From Macrostomum hystrix (taxonomy: Eukaryota > Animalia > Platyhelminthes), in contig CATNEN010000039.1 in NCBI GenBank assembly GCA_950097015.1, forward strand, positions 13,392,001 through 13,456,000: a stretch of DNA of 64,000 bases. Direction: 5' to 3'. The translations under genes were made by a program, and so were the position numbers. Below, in pieces: positions 38,301 through 50,056 of the stretch. A model generated the notes under the pieces. That model had not been told where the DNA came from. It saw only the letters and a program-made list of their open reading frames with translations, and searched no databases. Each line of letters starts with the position of its first letter. Within the stretch, counting starts at the first letter, position 1.

Positions 38301-40672
38301 TTCAGCTAGATGCATCGTCTGAATATTTTCCGTGAGATTTGGCTAGCTGGCTGGGATTAGGCTTAATCCGCGGATTAGGGCATGACATGCGCACCGCATG
38401 GTTGAGAGATTATCTGTTCAAAGCCCTCAATCATTTATCATCGTTTTTTGTTCATTTTTTTCTAAAAGTTTAGCAAAACTAATTTTATTTTCTGGTATCG
38501 CTGTTGAAGAGCCATAGCGCTGGCAAATGCGAGGTACCTGCGGGTGTAATATACGAGTATACCAAAAAACTGTGGCGTGCAGCCTCAATGGGTAGAAAAA
38601 GCATGTATTCAAGCAAAGCCTCAATTCATCTTCTAAATATATTCTTCCACGCCACAAAGATTCTATATTGTATGTTCTGATTCTGTGTTTGCTATAATTC
38701 TTTTTCTTCCGTGTTCGTTTCTTAAAACAATGCTGTCTTTAGAAATAATCGATGGTCCTTCCTTGTCGTTATAATTTCACCAAATTTCCCAGATCATCCA
38801 TTAAATTCCTGCCATACCCAATTTGAATGGTAAATATTCTTTCATTGAGTATTTGTTTGACTAATCACCCAGTTCGTGACTTCATAACCTTTAGCAGTAT
38901 AAATTTAGCTAACAAAAATGCTTGATGCTTGCAAGCAAAACTTTGTGTCTTTTTTTCGAATGCACAGGAAGAATTAAAATAGGAAATATTGTTCTAGAAT
39001 AGTTCATAATAATTATAAATTAGTACACAACGCCCATTAAGCCAGACGTGCAGCCGACAGCAGAGCCGCAGCTATTGCGTGGCGCATCTGAAGACTGCGT
39101 ACAGCTGTTCAGTCCATGGACTGGGGGACGCCACACCCACCCTAAATTACCCCAGCTAATGCTGGTAACAATTTAACATTTAACATGCAGAGTTATGCGC
39201 GTTGCTAAAAGACACAACTGGCTTTTCAGTCGAGTCGGAAATCGAACTCCCGACCATCAAGTCATGAGATCCTGCTCATTCATTCAGTCATAGATCCTGC
39301 TCATTCATTCAGTCATAGATCCTGCTCATTCATTCAGTCATGTATCCTGCTCATTCATTCAGTCATAGATCCTGCTCATTAATTAAGTCATATATCCTGC
39401 TCATTCATTCAGTCATAGATCCTGCTCATTCATTCAGTCATATATCCTGCTCATTCATTCAGTCATAGATCCTGCTCATTCATTCAGTCATAGATCCTGC
39501 TCATTCATTCAGTCATAGATCCTGCTCATTCATTTAGTCATAGATCCTGCTCATTCATTCAGTCATAGATCTGGCTGATTCATTCAGTCATCAGCCTTCT
39601 TAGTCATTGGGTCGACGAGCGCTCCAGTTGATATTTACAAGTGTAATTCGGTCATTCAACTGCTCTGCAATTCGGTCACCAACCAAGGAATATTAGACTA
39701 TATAACATTCGGTCATCGCACCTGGAGAACCCTAGCTGCGCTCACCTGGGCAACAAACGATCCGTTGGGCAGGTTCTCAGCCGCGCTGATGTTAATTAGT
39801 CGCTGGCGAAATCGTGGGCTGTTGTCGTTGGCGTCCCTGACGGTCAGTCGGATGCGGATGCGGCCCTCCCGGCCGGGTTTGTCGCGAGCCAGGAGGTCCA
39901 GCTGGTAGAACTGTCGCACCTCAGCGTCCAGGCCCTGCAGGATGAGTAGGTAGGGAGCGCCGATTTCGTCTATTCTCAACTCAAATGTCGCCGCAGTCTC
40001 CGCGTTCAGGTTGGCGGTGTCCAGACTGTAGCTGACTGTGTTGAATTCGGCTGAGTAGTCGCCGTCAGTGGCACCTGGCAGGTAGATCTTCCTTGTCGGG
40101 CAAGCACTCGGAACCACAGGACAGATGGACTCGCTGCGGTCAATGTCGTGATAGGCCTCCTGACTGGACGCGCCAGTGAACTTCGGCGAGTGATCATTCA
40201 CATCCGTGACATTCAGCGTGAACTGCAGGCGAGCTATCGGCAGATTTCGTCGACCATAGCGAATGTCCATGGACACCTGCCGTACCAGCACAGAGAAGAC
40301 GTGCCGGCCGAGGCTGGGCAGACAGGCGAACGACTGCTGGCAGAGCGACTCGAGGTCAATCTTGTTTTGAAGTCGAAGACGCCCGGTGTCCTGGTCGATG
40401 GTCACGAAGGGATCAGGCTCAGCCAGGGAGTATTCAGGCTTGAAGGCGGCTGTCGACGGTTCAGAGTCGACCGAGTCAGCCGTCAGCAGACTTGGGAGAC
40501 GTGCTGTTAGACCGGTGATGTCTGGAGCGCTGCCCAGGTCTTGCGGTGCTGTCTCCTCCTGGACTGTCAGACTGGCGTAAATGGTGACGGCGTCGGAGCC
40601 GTGAAACTGGAAGATGCTCACGATTGCCGCCGCCAGGAGCGCAGACAGAATGATGCCGCAGCGCTCGGACAT
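32351..40672 (-). CDS. Protocadherin with 7 cadherin repeats, TM and cytoplasmic DSGRG motif, about 1120 aa; exons 39746-40672, 34668-35676, 34008-34522, 33395-33769, 32351-32887
   Basis: Signal peptide. DxNDxxP-type linkers DVNDHSP, DANDNSP, DRNDNPP, DVNDNAP, DTNDHEP, DEDDEPP, plus LDRE/LDYE motifs. TM VVIIITLASVSALLAVALILAVACI and SDSGRGCSDE. Splice phases are consistent. Confidence 0.92.
36022..36215 (-). mobile_element. SINE family A copy (internal deletion)
   Basis: Matches 9991-10270. Confidence 0.8.
36270..36573 (-). mobile_element. SINE family B, full-length copy
   Basis: Matches 20090-20364 and 42035-42340. Confidence 0.85.
39040..39268 (-). mobile_element. SINE family A copy, head truncated by a minisatellite
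   Basis: Matches 9991-10240. Confidence 0.8.
39267..39590. repeat. 25-bp minisatellite GATCCTGCTCATTCATTCAGTCATA
   Basis: About 13 tandem units. Confidence 0.96.
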
Positions 40673-40749
40673 GTCAGTTGTGTTTCGCTACAATTGTGGT
40701 TGAAGGAATGTTGCGCCTTTGATACCGCATTTTTGCGATAAGGAGCTGC

Positions 40750-41325
40750 TGTGTCAAACTAGTTTTTGAACAGTTGTGTCTAACCAGTTTCTGAACAGTT
40801 GTGTCAAACTAGTTTCTGAACAGTTGTGTCTAACCAGTTTTTGAACAGCTGTGTCTAACCAGTTTCTGAGCAGTTGTGTCAAACTAGTTTCTGAACAGTT
40901 GTGTCTAACCAGTTTCTGAGCAGTTTTGTCTAACCAGTTTCTGAACAGTTGTGTCTAACCAGTTTTTGAACAGCTGTGTCTAACCAGTTTCTAGAGAGTT
41001 GCGTCTAACTAGTTTCTGAACAGCTGTCTCTAACCAGTTTTTGAAAAATTGTGTCTAATCAGTTTCTGAACAGTTGTGTCTAACCAGTTTCTGAGCAGTT
41101 TTGTCTAACCAGTTTCTGAACATTTCTGTGTAACCGTTTCTAGACAGTTGTTGTGTCTAACCAGTTACTAGACAGTTATAATGTCTAACTGTCGTAATGT
41201 CTAACTTGTTACTAGACAGTTGTGTCTAACCGATTTCCCAGCTGTGTCTAACTAGTTTCTGAACAGTTGTGTCTAACCAGTTTCTGAGCAGCTGTGTCTA
41301 ACCAGTTTCTGAGCAGCTGTCTAAT
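40750..41325. repeat. 25-bp minisatellite CAGTTGTGTCTAACCAGTTTCTGAA just upstream of the protocadherin ATG
   Basis: Tandem array, moderately diverged. Confidence 0.95.
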
Positions 41326-42034
41326 TATTTTTTTAAACATATTTTTTTCTAACAGTAGTTACTATTGTCAAACTATGTCAAACATATGTCACTGGTTGTA
41401 CTATTGTCAAACCAGTCGTTTTGATTCGTTTGAAATCAAAATTAAAATAGTAAATTGCTTGTACTTTTAATTACTTCGCTGGTTAGTAGCAACACATTTG
41501 AGTTTTTATTGGCTAAAGAGAATAAATTATTTGTTCAGTGTTATTGCTCTTGAGCCTATAGTGGCAACTTGCTCTTTACCTAGAGTATAGTATTGCTCAC
41601 TTTCGCTGAGCTAATTGCGGTGTCGACATAGCTCAGCGATTAGACAGACAGCGTGACCTTGACTGTGATTGCCAGGAGCAGACTCGACAGATTAAGAAAG
41701 GTTAATCCGTCACGGACAGCGGATGTAGATCGAGGCAGATTAGACAGTTTCAACATTAGCCAGCCAATGCGCTGTGTATTTTATCCCATTCCCAATAATA
41801 CCTACCACATATCTGCCATAGGCCTCTTTAAACCTGCTGCATTAACAGCAGAAAGACAAGGAGGTGCTTCAAATACTCATGATTTTCTTTCTTCTGTATC
41901 TCCTAAAATATTCAAATTATCGCCATGAAATAACTGTCCGATTAAATAACTTGCAGAATCATATCGGCATCGTCAAGATATTCAATGATTCTCGTCAGGG
42001 TGTCCGTTGGGAAAAACCAACAAATTTATTGTGC

Positions 42035-42340
42035 ATTGGCGCATCATTTGGTGACACTAGACCTGCAGCCAGCGAGGAGGCAGTTCTGCCCATGTCAGCA
42101 CACAGATACCGTACGCAGGCACACGCTCACACAAGTGTGTACATCTGCCCTGACTTTCTGCCAGGCAGTGTACACTCTCACTGTGCCTTGGAGGTTGGCC
42201 CTCAAGGTTGTCGTAAATTGCAAGCCCCCAAAGCCATCTCTTCGCGTCCGCGCCCCAAATGAATGTGGCCTCGCCGCGGAATCGAGCTCAGGGACCTTGG
42301 TGCGAGAGACAAACGCGTTAGACCGCTCAGCCCGTCACCC
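42035..42340 (-). mobile_element. SINE family B copy
   Basis: Matches 36270-36573. Confidence 0.85.
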
Positions 42341-43325
42341 TGGCTTATTATAGTTTACTTATTTTATTGTTAATTATTATTATATTGAATAAATTGTCTC
42401 CATGATCTTCGACAAGAAGCGCTGAATTTCTTGACGATGCTGACGTCGGACGGCTCTGAAAGCTAGTTCATGGATCCATTTGTTGGACTAAAATCACTAA
42501 AATCGGTCATTCAGTTTCGTGATCTATCGTTAAGTAGGCAGTGGGTATTTGAAATTGCGGGAAAATATATAGTATTTCTAGTGTTTCTACGAGCGTACTA
42601 TTAAGTAAGGGAGACTTTAATTCTACCAAATTGAAAGAAAATCCACTCAATTCGATGCGACACTTGAAACTGAAGACAAAATTGAACTGTAATTAAAGAA
42701 TATAACTTTGCATCGAAAGCATTCTTATTGAAAAGCACGAAACCAACAATAAAATTGAAGTGCAGGCGCGAGTTGGGCTTTGTTAAGTTTTAAAGAAGAC
42801 TGGCATTCTCCAAGACTGGCCCCTGAGTCCTGAATTCAGTCCGGCTAATGAGAGCAGTGCGCCACTTTGCCACCGAAAAATCTGTTCAGATTAATTTCTT
42901 TTGATACAAGCCGCCCAGTAATCCCAGAGTTGAGTGGAACAAGTGGCTCACAATAACACATGCGGGAGGAGGCTGCGACACTAAAGCTGTCCCTGTACGG
43001 AAACCTCCAGCACCCTTGGGAATGATGACTCTGCTCTCAGCGGATGGGAAGATGATGAATGACGCCAGAGGGGAGATTTCTGGGCCGTCTGCTCCCAGCA
43101 CCTACGCTCATCCTACGCGCCACAGCTACCAAGCCATTTCTCTGCTGCTGCTGATGCAGCAAATGTTTTTTTCTGGATAAGCAAATTTACAGACAGAAAA
43201 ATATCAACCAGAAATTTGCGTTTCTCGCAGCTCGCCCCGCGAGAGCCTCGTTTGGCCTTAAATCCCCAAGGGATGAATATCCCCCAACTACGAGATGCTT
43301 TCAGTGGCTGTCATTCTCAGCTATA

Positions 43326-44790
43326 TGGATGGGATTAGATGGGATTGGCTGGGATTAGATGGGATTGGATGGGATTGGATGGGATTGGATGGGATTGGAT
43401 GGGATTGGATGGGATTGGATGGGATTGGATGGGATTGGATGGGATTAGATGGGATTAGATGGGATTGGATGGGATTGGATGGGATTGGATGGGATTGGAT
43501 GGGATTAGATGGGATTGGATGGGATTGGATGGGATTGGATGGGATTGGATGGGATTGGATGGGATTGGATGGGATTGGATGGGATTGGATGGGATTGGAT
43601 AGGATTGGATGGGATTGGATGGGATTGGATGGGATTGGATGGGATTGGATGGGATGGGATGGGATTGGATGGGATTGGATGGGATTAGATGGGATTGGAT
43701 GGGATTGGATGGGATTAGATGGGATTGGATGGGATTGGATGGGATTGGATGGGATTGGATGGGATTGGATGGGATTGGATGGGATTGGATGGGATTGGAT
43801 GGGATTATATGGGATTGGATGGGATTGGATGGGATTGGATGGGATTGGATGGGATTAGATGGGATTAGATGGGATTGGATGGGATTGGATGGGATTGGAT
43901 GGGATTGGATGGGATTGGATGGGATTGGATGGGATTAGATGGGATTGGACGGGATTAGTTGGGATTGGATGGGATTAGATGGGATTGGCTGGGATTAGAT
44001 GGGATTGGATGGGATTGGATGGGATTGGATGGGATTGGATGGGATTGGATGGGATTGGATGGGATTGGATGGGATTGGATGGGATTAGATGGGATTAGAT
44101 GGGATTGGATGGGATTGGATGGGATTGGATGGGATTGGATGGGATTAGATGGGATTGGATGGGATTGGATGGGATTGGATGGGATTGGATGGGATTGGAT
44201 GGGATTGGATGGGATTGGATGGGATTGGATGGGATTGGATGGGATTGGATGGGATTGGATGGGATTGGATGGGATTGGATGGGATGGGATGGGATGGGAT
44301 GGGATGGGATGGGATGCGATGGGACGGGACGGGATGGGATGGGATGGGATGGGAGGGAAGAGTATGAAATGGTAGAATATGAGATGGGAGAATATGAGAT
44401 GGGAGAATATGAGATGGGAGAATATGAGATGGGAGAATATGAGATGGGAGAATATGAGATGGGAGAATATGAGATGGGAGAATATGAGATGGGAGAATAT
44501 GAGATGGGAGAATATGAGATGGGAGAATATGAGATGGGAGAATATGAGATGGGAGAATATGAGATGGGAGAATATGAGATGGGAGAATATGAGATGGGAG
44601 AATATGAGATGGGAGAATATGAGATGGGAGAATATGAGATGGGAGAATATGAGATGGGAGAATATGAGATGGGAGAAAATTAGATGGGAGAATATGAGAT
44701 GGTAGAGGCGTAGATGAAATCTGGGGGAACGAGATGGGATGAAATGGGAGAAGATAAGTTGGGATGAGATGAGATGAGATGGAATGGGTT
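43326..44790. repeat. Compound G-rich satellite: (GGGATTGGAT)n, then (GGGAT)n, then (GAGATGGGAGAATAT)n
   Basis: Read directly; transitions near 44280 and 44375. Confidence 0.98.
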
Positions 44791-45319
44791 GAGATAGGAT
44801 GTTGAATCTATATGGAGTCAGTAATTAGCGAAGTGCTCAGCAAATGCAAAAGCAAATTATTTGCACTTTTTGCCAGCAGACATTATAGAGGCCAGTGTAA
44901 CGGAAGCGAATTAAATCCCCCTTTCGAGGAAACGAAACGTTTTTTGGGCAAACCTTTTAGTCATTTAAACTATTCCCTGAGAAGCTTTCCCCTCTGTCGC
45001 CTTTGAGCTAGTTTGCTGGGGTGGGTCGTGGGGAGCTTTCCTGTGCGAGCTGCTGGGCTAACAATCAATTTGATCCCAAGGGCAAATCGCTCAGTTTTCC
45101 CAACTGCTTCCTTAATTCCTCATCGATGAGCCGTGGGGTGGGTGAGTTGAACCCCACGAAAAAGCAAACGATAAATGCAAATCTATTCGCACTTTCACAC
45201 TTAGGTAATAAGTTCGAACTTAGCACTTCCCGGCGAACTCGAGCGAACAGAAAATGTACTTCTGTCGCTTTAAACAACCTTTTAAAAGAACAATAAGCAA
45301 AATAATCCAATTTGAGCTG

Positions 45320-45560
45320 TGATAGCAATGAGATAAGGTGAGAGACAATGATGAGATAAGGTGTGAGAAAATGATGAGATAGGGTGAGAGACAATGATGA
45401 GATATGGTGAGAGACAATGATGTGATAAGGTGACAGACAATGATGAGATAGGGTGTATGACTATGATGAGATAGGGTGAGAGAAGAGGAAGACGGTGAGA
45501 TGAGGTGAGAGATAGATAATGAGATGGGGTGAGATGGAGATGATGAGAAGGGATGAGATG
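45320..45560. repeat. Degenerate ~23-bp repeat ATGATGAGATAGGGTGAGAGACA
   Basis: Imperfect tandem units. Confidence 0.8.
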
Positions 45561-46219
45561 ATTGTGCTTGAGAGTATTCTAATATCAATTTTTCGATTTA
45601 ATCAAGATGAGCTTTCTGGCCTAGGATAAATATGAAAAGTGCAAATTAGTTTACTTTTAAAACGGCCAAAAAACTTACCTGATTTGGCGTTGATTTATTT
45701 TTCAAACTTGTTCGGAACTAAAATCTGTCAGGGTTGCCCGAGTAGATCTTCTAGTTCTAGTTTACTATGGTCGATAAAATCTGTCGTCGAATCAAATATT
45801 TCTGGCGCCTATTTTATCCCCTGCCTGGAGGGACACGGTGTATCGACGCGAGCTGAAGAGCCTCGCCTGGTTACGCCTTTCCAAAGTTGCTTTTTACTGG
45901 CTCACGAATCTGTGTTGAAGGACTTAGCCGCTGTCAAGGCACTTTCTTAACCGCGTTGAATCAGGATAGGAAGAGTTAATTGAAGGCTATCGACTCTCGT
46001 GTCGAGGTCTGCATTCGCTCCACTGTCTCTCCCTCTCTCTCTTTCTCTCTAATTTTATTTTATTCTCGGAACAGAATGTGAAGTGATGGACCCAAACTAG
46101 GCTTGCTCTCATTGGCTGCCGTTGTCAACCAATTACGTTGTCAATCAATTAGGTATATTTTCTAGGAAAATGTTTCTAGAATGTATATTGCATGCATATA
46201 TTTTATCTTATCACCGTTA

Positions 46220-47060
46220 TCACTCTGTCACCATGTCACTCTGACACTCTGTCACTCTGTCACTCTGTCACTCTGTCACTCTGTCACTCTGTCCCACTGT
46301 CACTCTGTCCCACTGTCACTCTGTCCCACTGTCACTCTGTCCCACTGTCACTCTGTCCCACTGTCACTCTATCCCACTGTCACTCTGTCCTACTGTCACT
46401 CTGTCCCACTGTCACTCTGTCCCACTGTCACTCTGTCCCAATGTCACTCTGTCCCAATGTCACTCTGTCCCACTGTAACTCTGTCCCACTGTCACTCTGT
46501 CCCACTGTCACTCTGTCCCACTGTCACTCTGTCCCACTGTCACTCTGTCCCACTGTCACTCTGTCCCACTGTCACTCTGTCCCACTGTCACTCTGTCCCA
46601 CTGTCACTCTGTCCCACTGTCACTCTGTCCTACTGTCACTCTGTCCCACTGTCACTCTATCCCACTGTCACTCTGTCCCACTGTCACTCTGTCCCACTGT
46701 CACTCTGTCCCACTGTCACTCTGTCCTACTGTCACTCTGTCCCACTGTCACTCTGTCCCACTGTCACTCTGTCCCACTGTCACTCTATCCCACTGTCACT
46801 CTGTCCTACTGTCACTCTGTCCCACTGTCACTCTGTCCCACTGTCACTCTATCCCACTGTCACTCTGTCCCACTGTCACTCTGTCCCACTGTCACTCTAT
46901 CCCACTGTCACTCTGTCCCACTGTCACTCTGTCCTACTGTCACTCTGTCCCACTGTCACTCTGTCCTACTGTCACTCTGTCCCACTGTCACTCTGTCACT
47001 CTATTACTTTGCCACTCTGTCACTCTGTCACACTGTCCCTCTATCACTCTGTCACTCTCA
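46220..47060. repeat. 16-bp minisatellite CTGTCACTCTGTCCCA (8-bp subunits)
   Basis: Tandem array; 8-bp monomers at both ends. Confidence 0.97.
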
Positions 47061-48084
47061 CAATTGTCTGGCTTATTAATCATGCTTAGTTCTATGTAAT
47101 AAATTTTTCTTCTCCAATCCATTACGATCGTTCTGCCCGAACCTAAATTCAATGGATTTTTCAGTAGTTTATGGTTCGCCAATCAGTTTTTATATTACTA
47201 AAATCAAGACAATTTTTTATTTCCCAATAAAAAGTCGACCAATTTCCACAGCCATACGCCGCAACTCCCACGCGCAGTCAATGACAGATGGTATCCAATG
47301 CTGCATTAATTTGTTTGTTTACCTGCTAGTTTTGATGAATTAGCTTCTGCTGCAATGGCTCAATGTGCCGATTGATAATAATAATGATAATGCATTGGAG
47401 TGAGTTATTAAGCAAGATTCATATTTTACAAACTGCTAGAATAATTTTTCATCACCATGAGTACGAAAAGAAATGCCCCAGCCTAATTTGTAATGTACAG
47501 GCACTGGCCAGCAGCTCCAAAGTCGGTGTACAACAGTTCAGTCCATGGACTGTTTCCAATAACTTAAAACCGGAAATTGATGAATCAGTTAACTAATTAG
47601 TTTTGAAAAAAAGCTTTCTATAGTCAGACTTCTCTGCTAAATTATTTGTCTTGACTTGACACGTCTACCTTAAAATATTGCTTTCCACGAAAATCTGAGT
47701 CAAAGTTTTGTGTTCTAGAAACTTCCTGGATCAGGCAGACAGTCATTCCATTTGCCTCTGTAAAGTCATTTTATTAAATGTTTTTTTTGCTTTTGCCACG
47801 CAGGGTAAGTATATGCTCAGAATTTCTGTGAGGAGACGGGAGAAGACTTTATAGCAGCAGCGGCAGCAGCGGGGTTGAGTCGATTTAGTTAGGTTTTTTT
47901 GGACGGGCACTAATTAATTATGCATCATGATGGCTACTGAGGTGCGTCTGCAACTGTCTGTCAGCTTCACTGTGGTCCTCATCTCTGCCCTAAACTCAAA
48001 ATGGAGATTTGAGAACTTTAACTGATACAGACGACGCTGATAAAATACACGACACTGAAGATAATAATTTGTTTGATTGTGAAG

Positions 48085-48480
48085 ATGAGACTCAAAATGA
48101 GAATATGAGACTCAAGATGAGAATATGAGACTCAAGATGAGAATATGAGACTCAAGATGAGAATATGAGACTCAAGATGAGAATATGAGACTCAAGATGA
48201 GAATATGAGACTCAAGATGAGAATATGAGACTCAAGATAAGAATATGAGACTCAAGATGAGAATATGAGACTCAAGATAAGAATATGATACTCAAGATAA
48301 GAATATGAGACTCAAGATGAGAATATGAGACTCAAGATAAGAATATGATACTCAAGATAAGAATATGAGACTCAAGATGAGAATATGAGACTCAAGATAA
48401 GAATATGAGACTCAAGATAAGAATATGAGACTGAAGACGAGAAGATAAGACTGAAGATGAGAAGATAAGACTGAAGATAA
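48085..48480. repeat. 20-bp minisatellite GAATATGAGACTCAAGATGA
   Basis: Tandem array. Confidence 0.97.
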
Positions 48481-48793
48481 GACGAGCCTCGAAATAAGAA
48501 AAAAATACTCAAGATAAGAAGATGAGATTAACTATAAAAGATGAAATAGACATATTTTCACCTTCTATTTCCTATAAATTTGATATTGTACCCAAACAAG
48601 TCTTACTTTACGAGCATCCTCCCATTATTATTCATATAAAAAATTTATGAACACTATTAATATCTGCATTCGCATTAATCAGAAGTAAGGAGAAAGAAAA
48701 TTCACGTAAAATTCTAATTAGCGATGATCCACGTAATCTGCGCTTTGTCACGTTTAGTTTGGTTGCTTTGTTGTCTTTAAATATTCTGTGGTG

Positions 48794-49181
48794 AGATAGC
48801 TGAGGTGTCAGATAGCTGAGGTGTCAGATAGCTGAGGTGTCAGATAGCTGAGGTGTCAGATAGCTGAGGTGTCAGATAGCTGAGGTGTCAGATAGCTGGG
48901 GTGTCAGATAGCTGAGGTGTCAGATAGCTGAGGTGTCAGATAGTTGAGGTGTCAGATAGCTGAGGTGTCAGATAGCTGAGGTGTCAGATAGCTGAGGTGT
49001 CAGATAGCTGAGGTGTCAGATAGCTGAGGTGTCAGATAGCTGAGGTGTCAGATAGCTGAGGTGTCAGATAGCTGAGGTGTCAGATAGCTGAGGTGTCAGA
49101 TAGCTGAGGTGTCAGATAGTTGAGGTGTCAGATAGCTGAGGTGTCAGATAGCTGAGGTGTCAGATAGCTGAGGTGTCAGAT
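48794..49181. repeat. 16-bp minisatellite GATAGCTGAGGTGTCA
   Basis: Near-perfect tandem array. Confidence 0.97.
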
Positions 49182-49639
49182 CAAGACGCCAAGTTCTCTA
49201 TGTTTTGGCGCGATTTCGGAAATTCCTAAGAGCCGTGCTTCTGTTGCATTGTTTAATAAGCATCGGATTAAAAATTAATAAACGAAACAATTAATAACAG
49301 TTATTTAACCATCACAACTTCAGCAAAATCTATTTCAAAGTAGTACAAAAACCAAAGCAAAATCATTTGCTTCAAAATTACCCATGAGTCGGGCATGACT
49401 TATGACAGAACCTGAAACTAAAATTTAGAGTGATACTACTTTTAGTAGAAATCACACCAGATTACGAAAGGAAAAAAAAGCACGAATTCGTCATGAAATC
49501 CGTCACCCATCATCCATCATCTATGATAGGGAGAGAGAAAATGATGAGATAGTGTGAGAGAAAATGATAATATGATAAGATTATCATAATCTATCATCCA
49601 TCACCATAATCCATCGGATAATACGTCGTCCTGAGATCC

Positions 49640-50056
49640 ATCGCCCATCGCCCATCACCCATCATCCATCATCCATCATCCATCATCCATCATCCATCAT
49701 CCATCATCTATCATCCATCATCCATCATCCATCATCCATCATCCATCATCCATCATCCATCATCCATCATCCATCATCCATCATCCATCATCCATCATCC
49801 ATCATCCATCATCCATCATCCATCATCCATCATCCATCATCCATCATCCATCATCCATCATCCATCATTCATCACCCATCATCCATCATCCATCATCCAT
49901 CATCCATCATCCATCATCCATCATCCATCATCCATCATCCATCATCCATCATCCATCATCCATCATTCATCACCCATCATCCATCATCCATCATCCATCA
50001 TCCATCATCCATCATCCATCATCCATCATCCATCATCCATCATCCATCATCCATCA
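49640..50056. repeat. 7-bp microsatellite (CATCCAT)n
   Basis: Tandem array abutting the stop codon of the PDZ gene. Confidence 0.97.

Noticed and set aside
43326-44350. Telomeric repeat
   Set aside because: The unit is GGGATTGGAT, not TTAGGG, and the tract is interstitial.
43295-47089. GWDWMGLD, GEYEM and Cys/His-rich CHSVPLSL ORFs
   Set aside because: Derived from 10-, 15- and 16-bp satellites.
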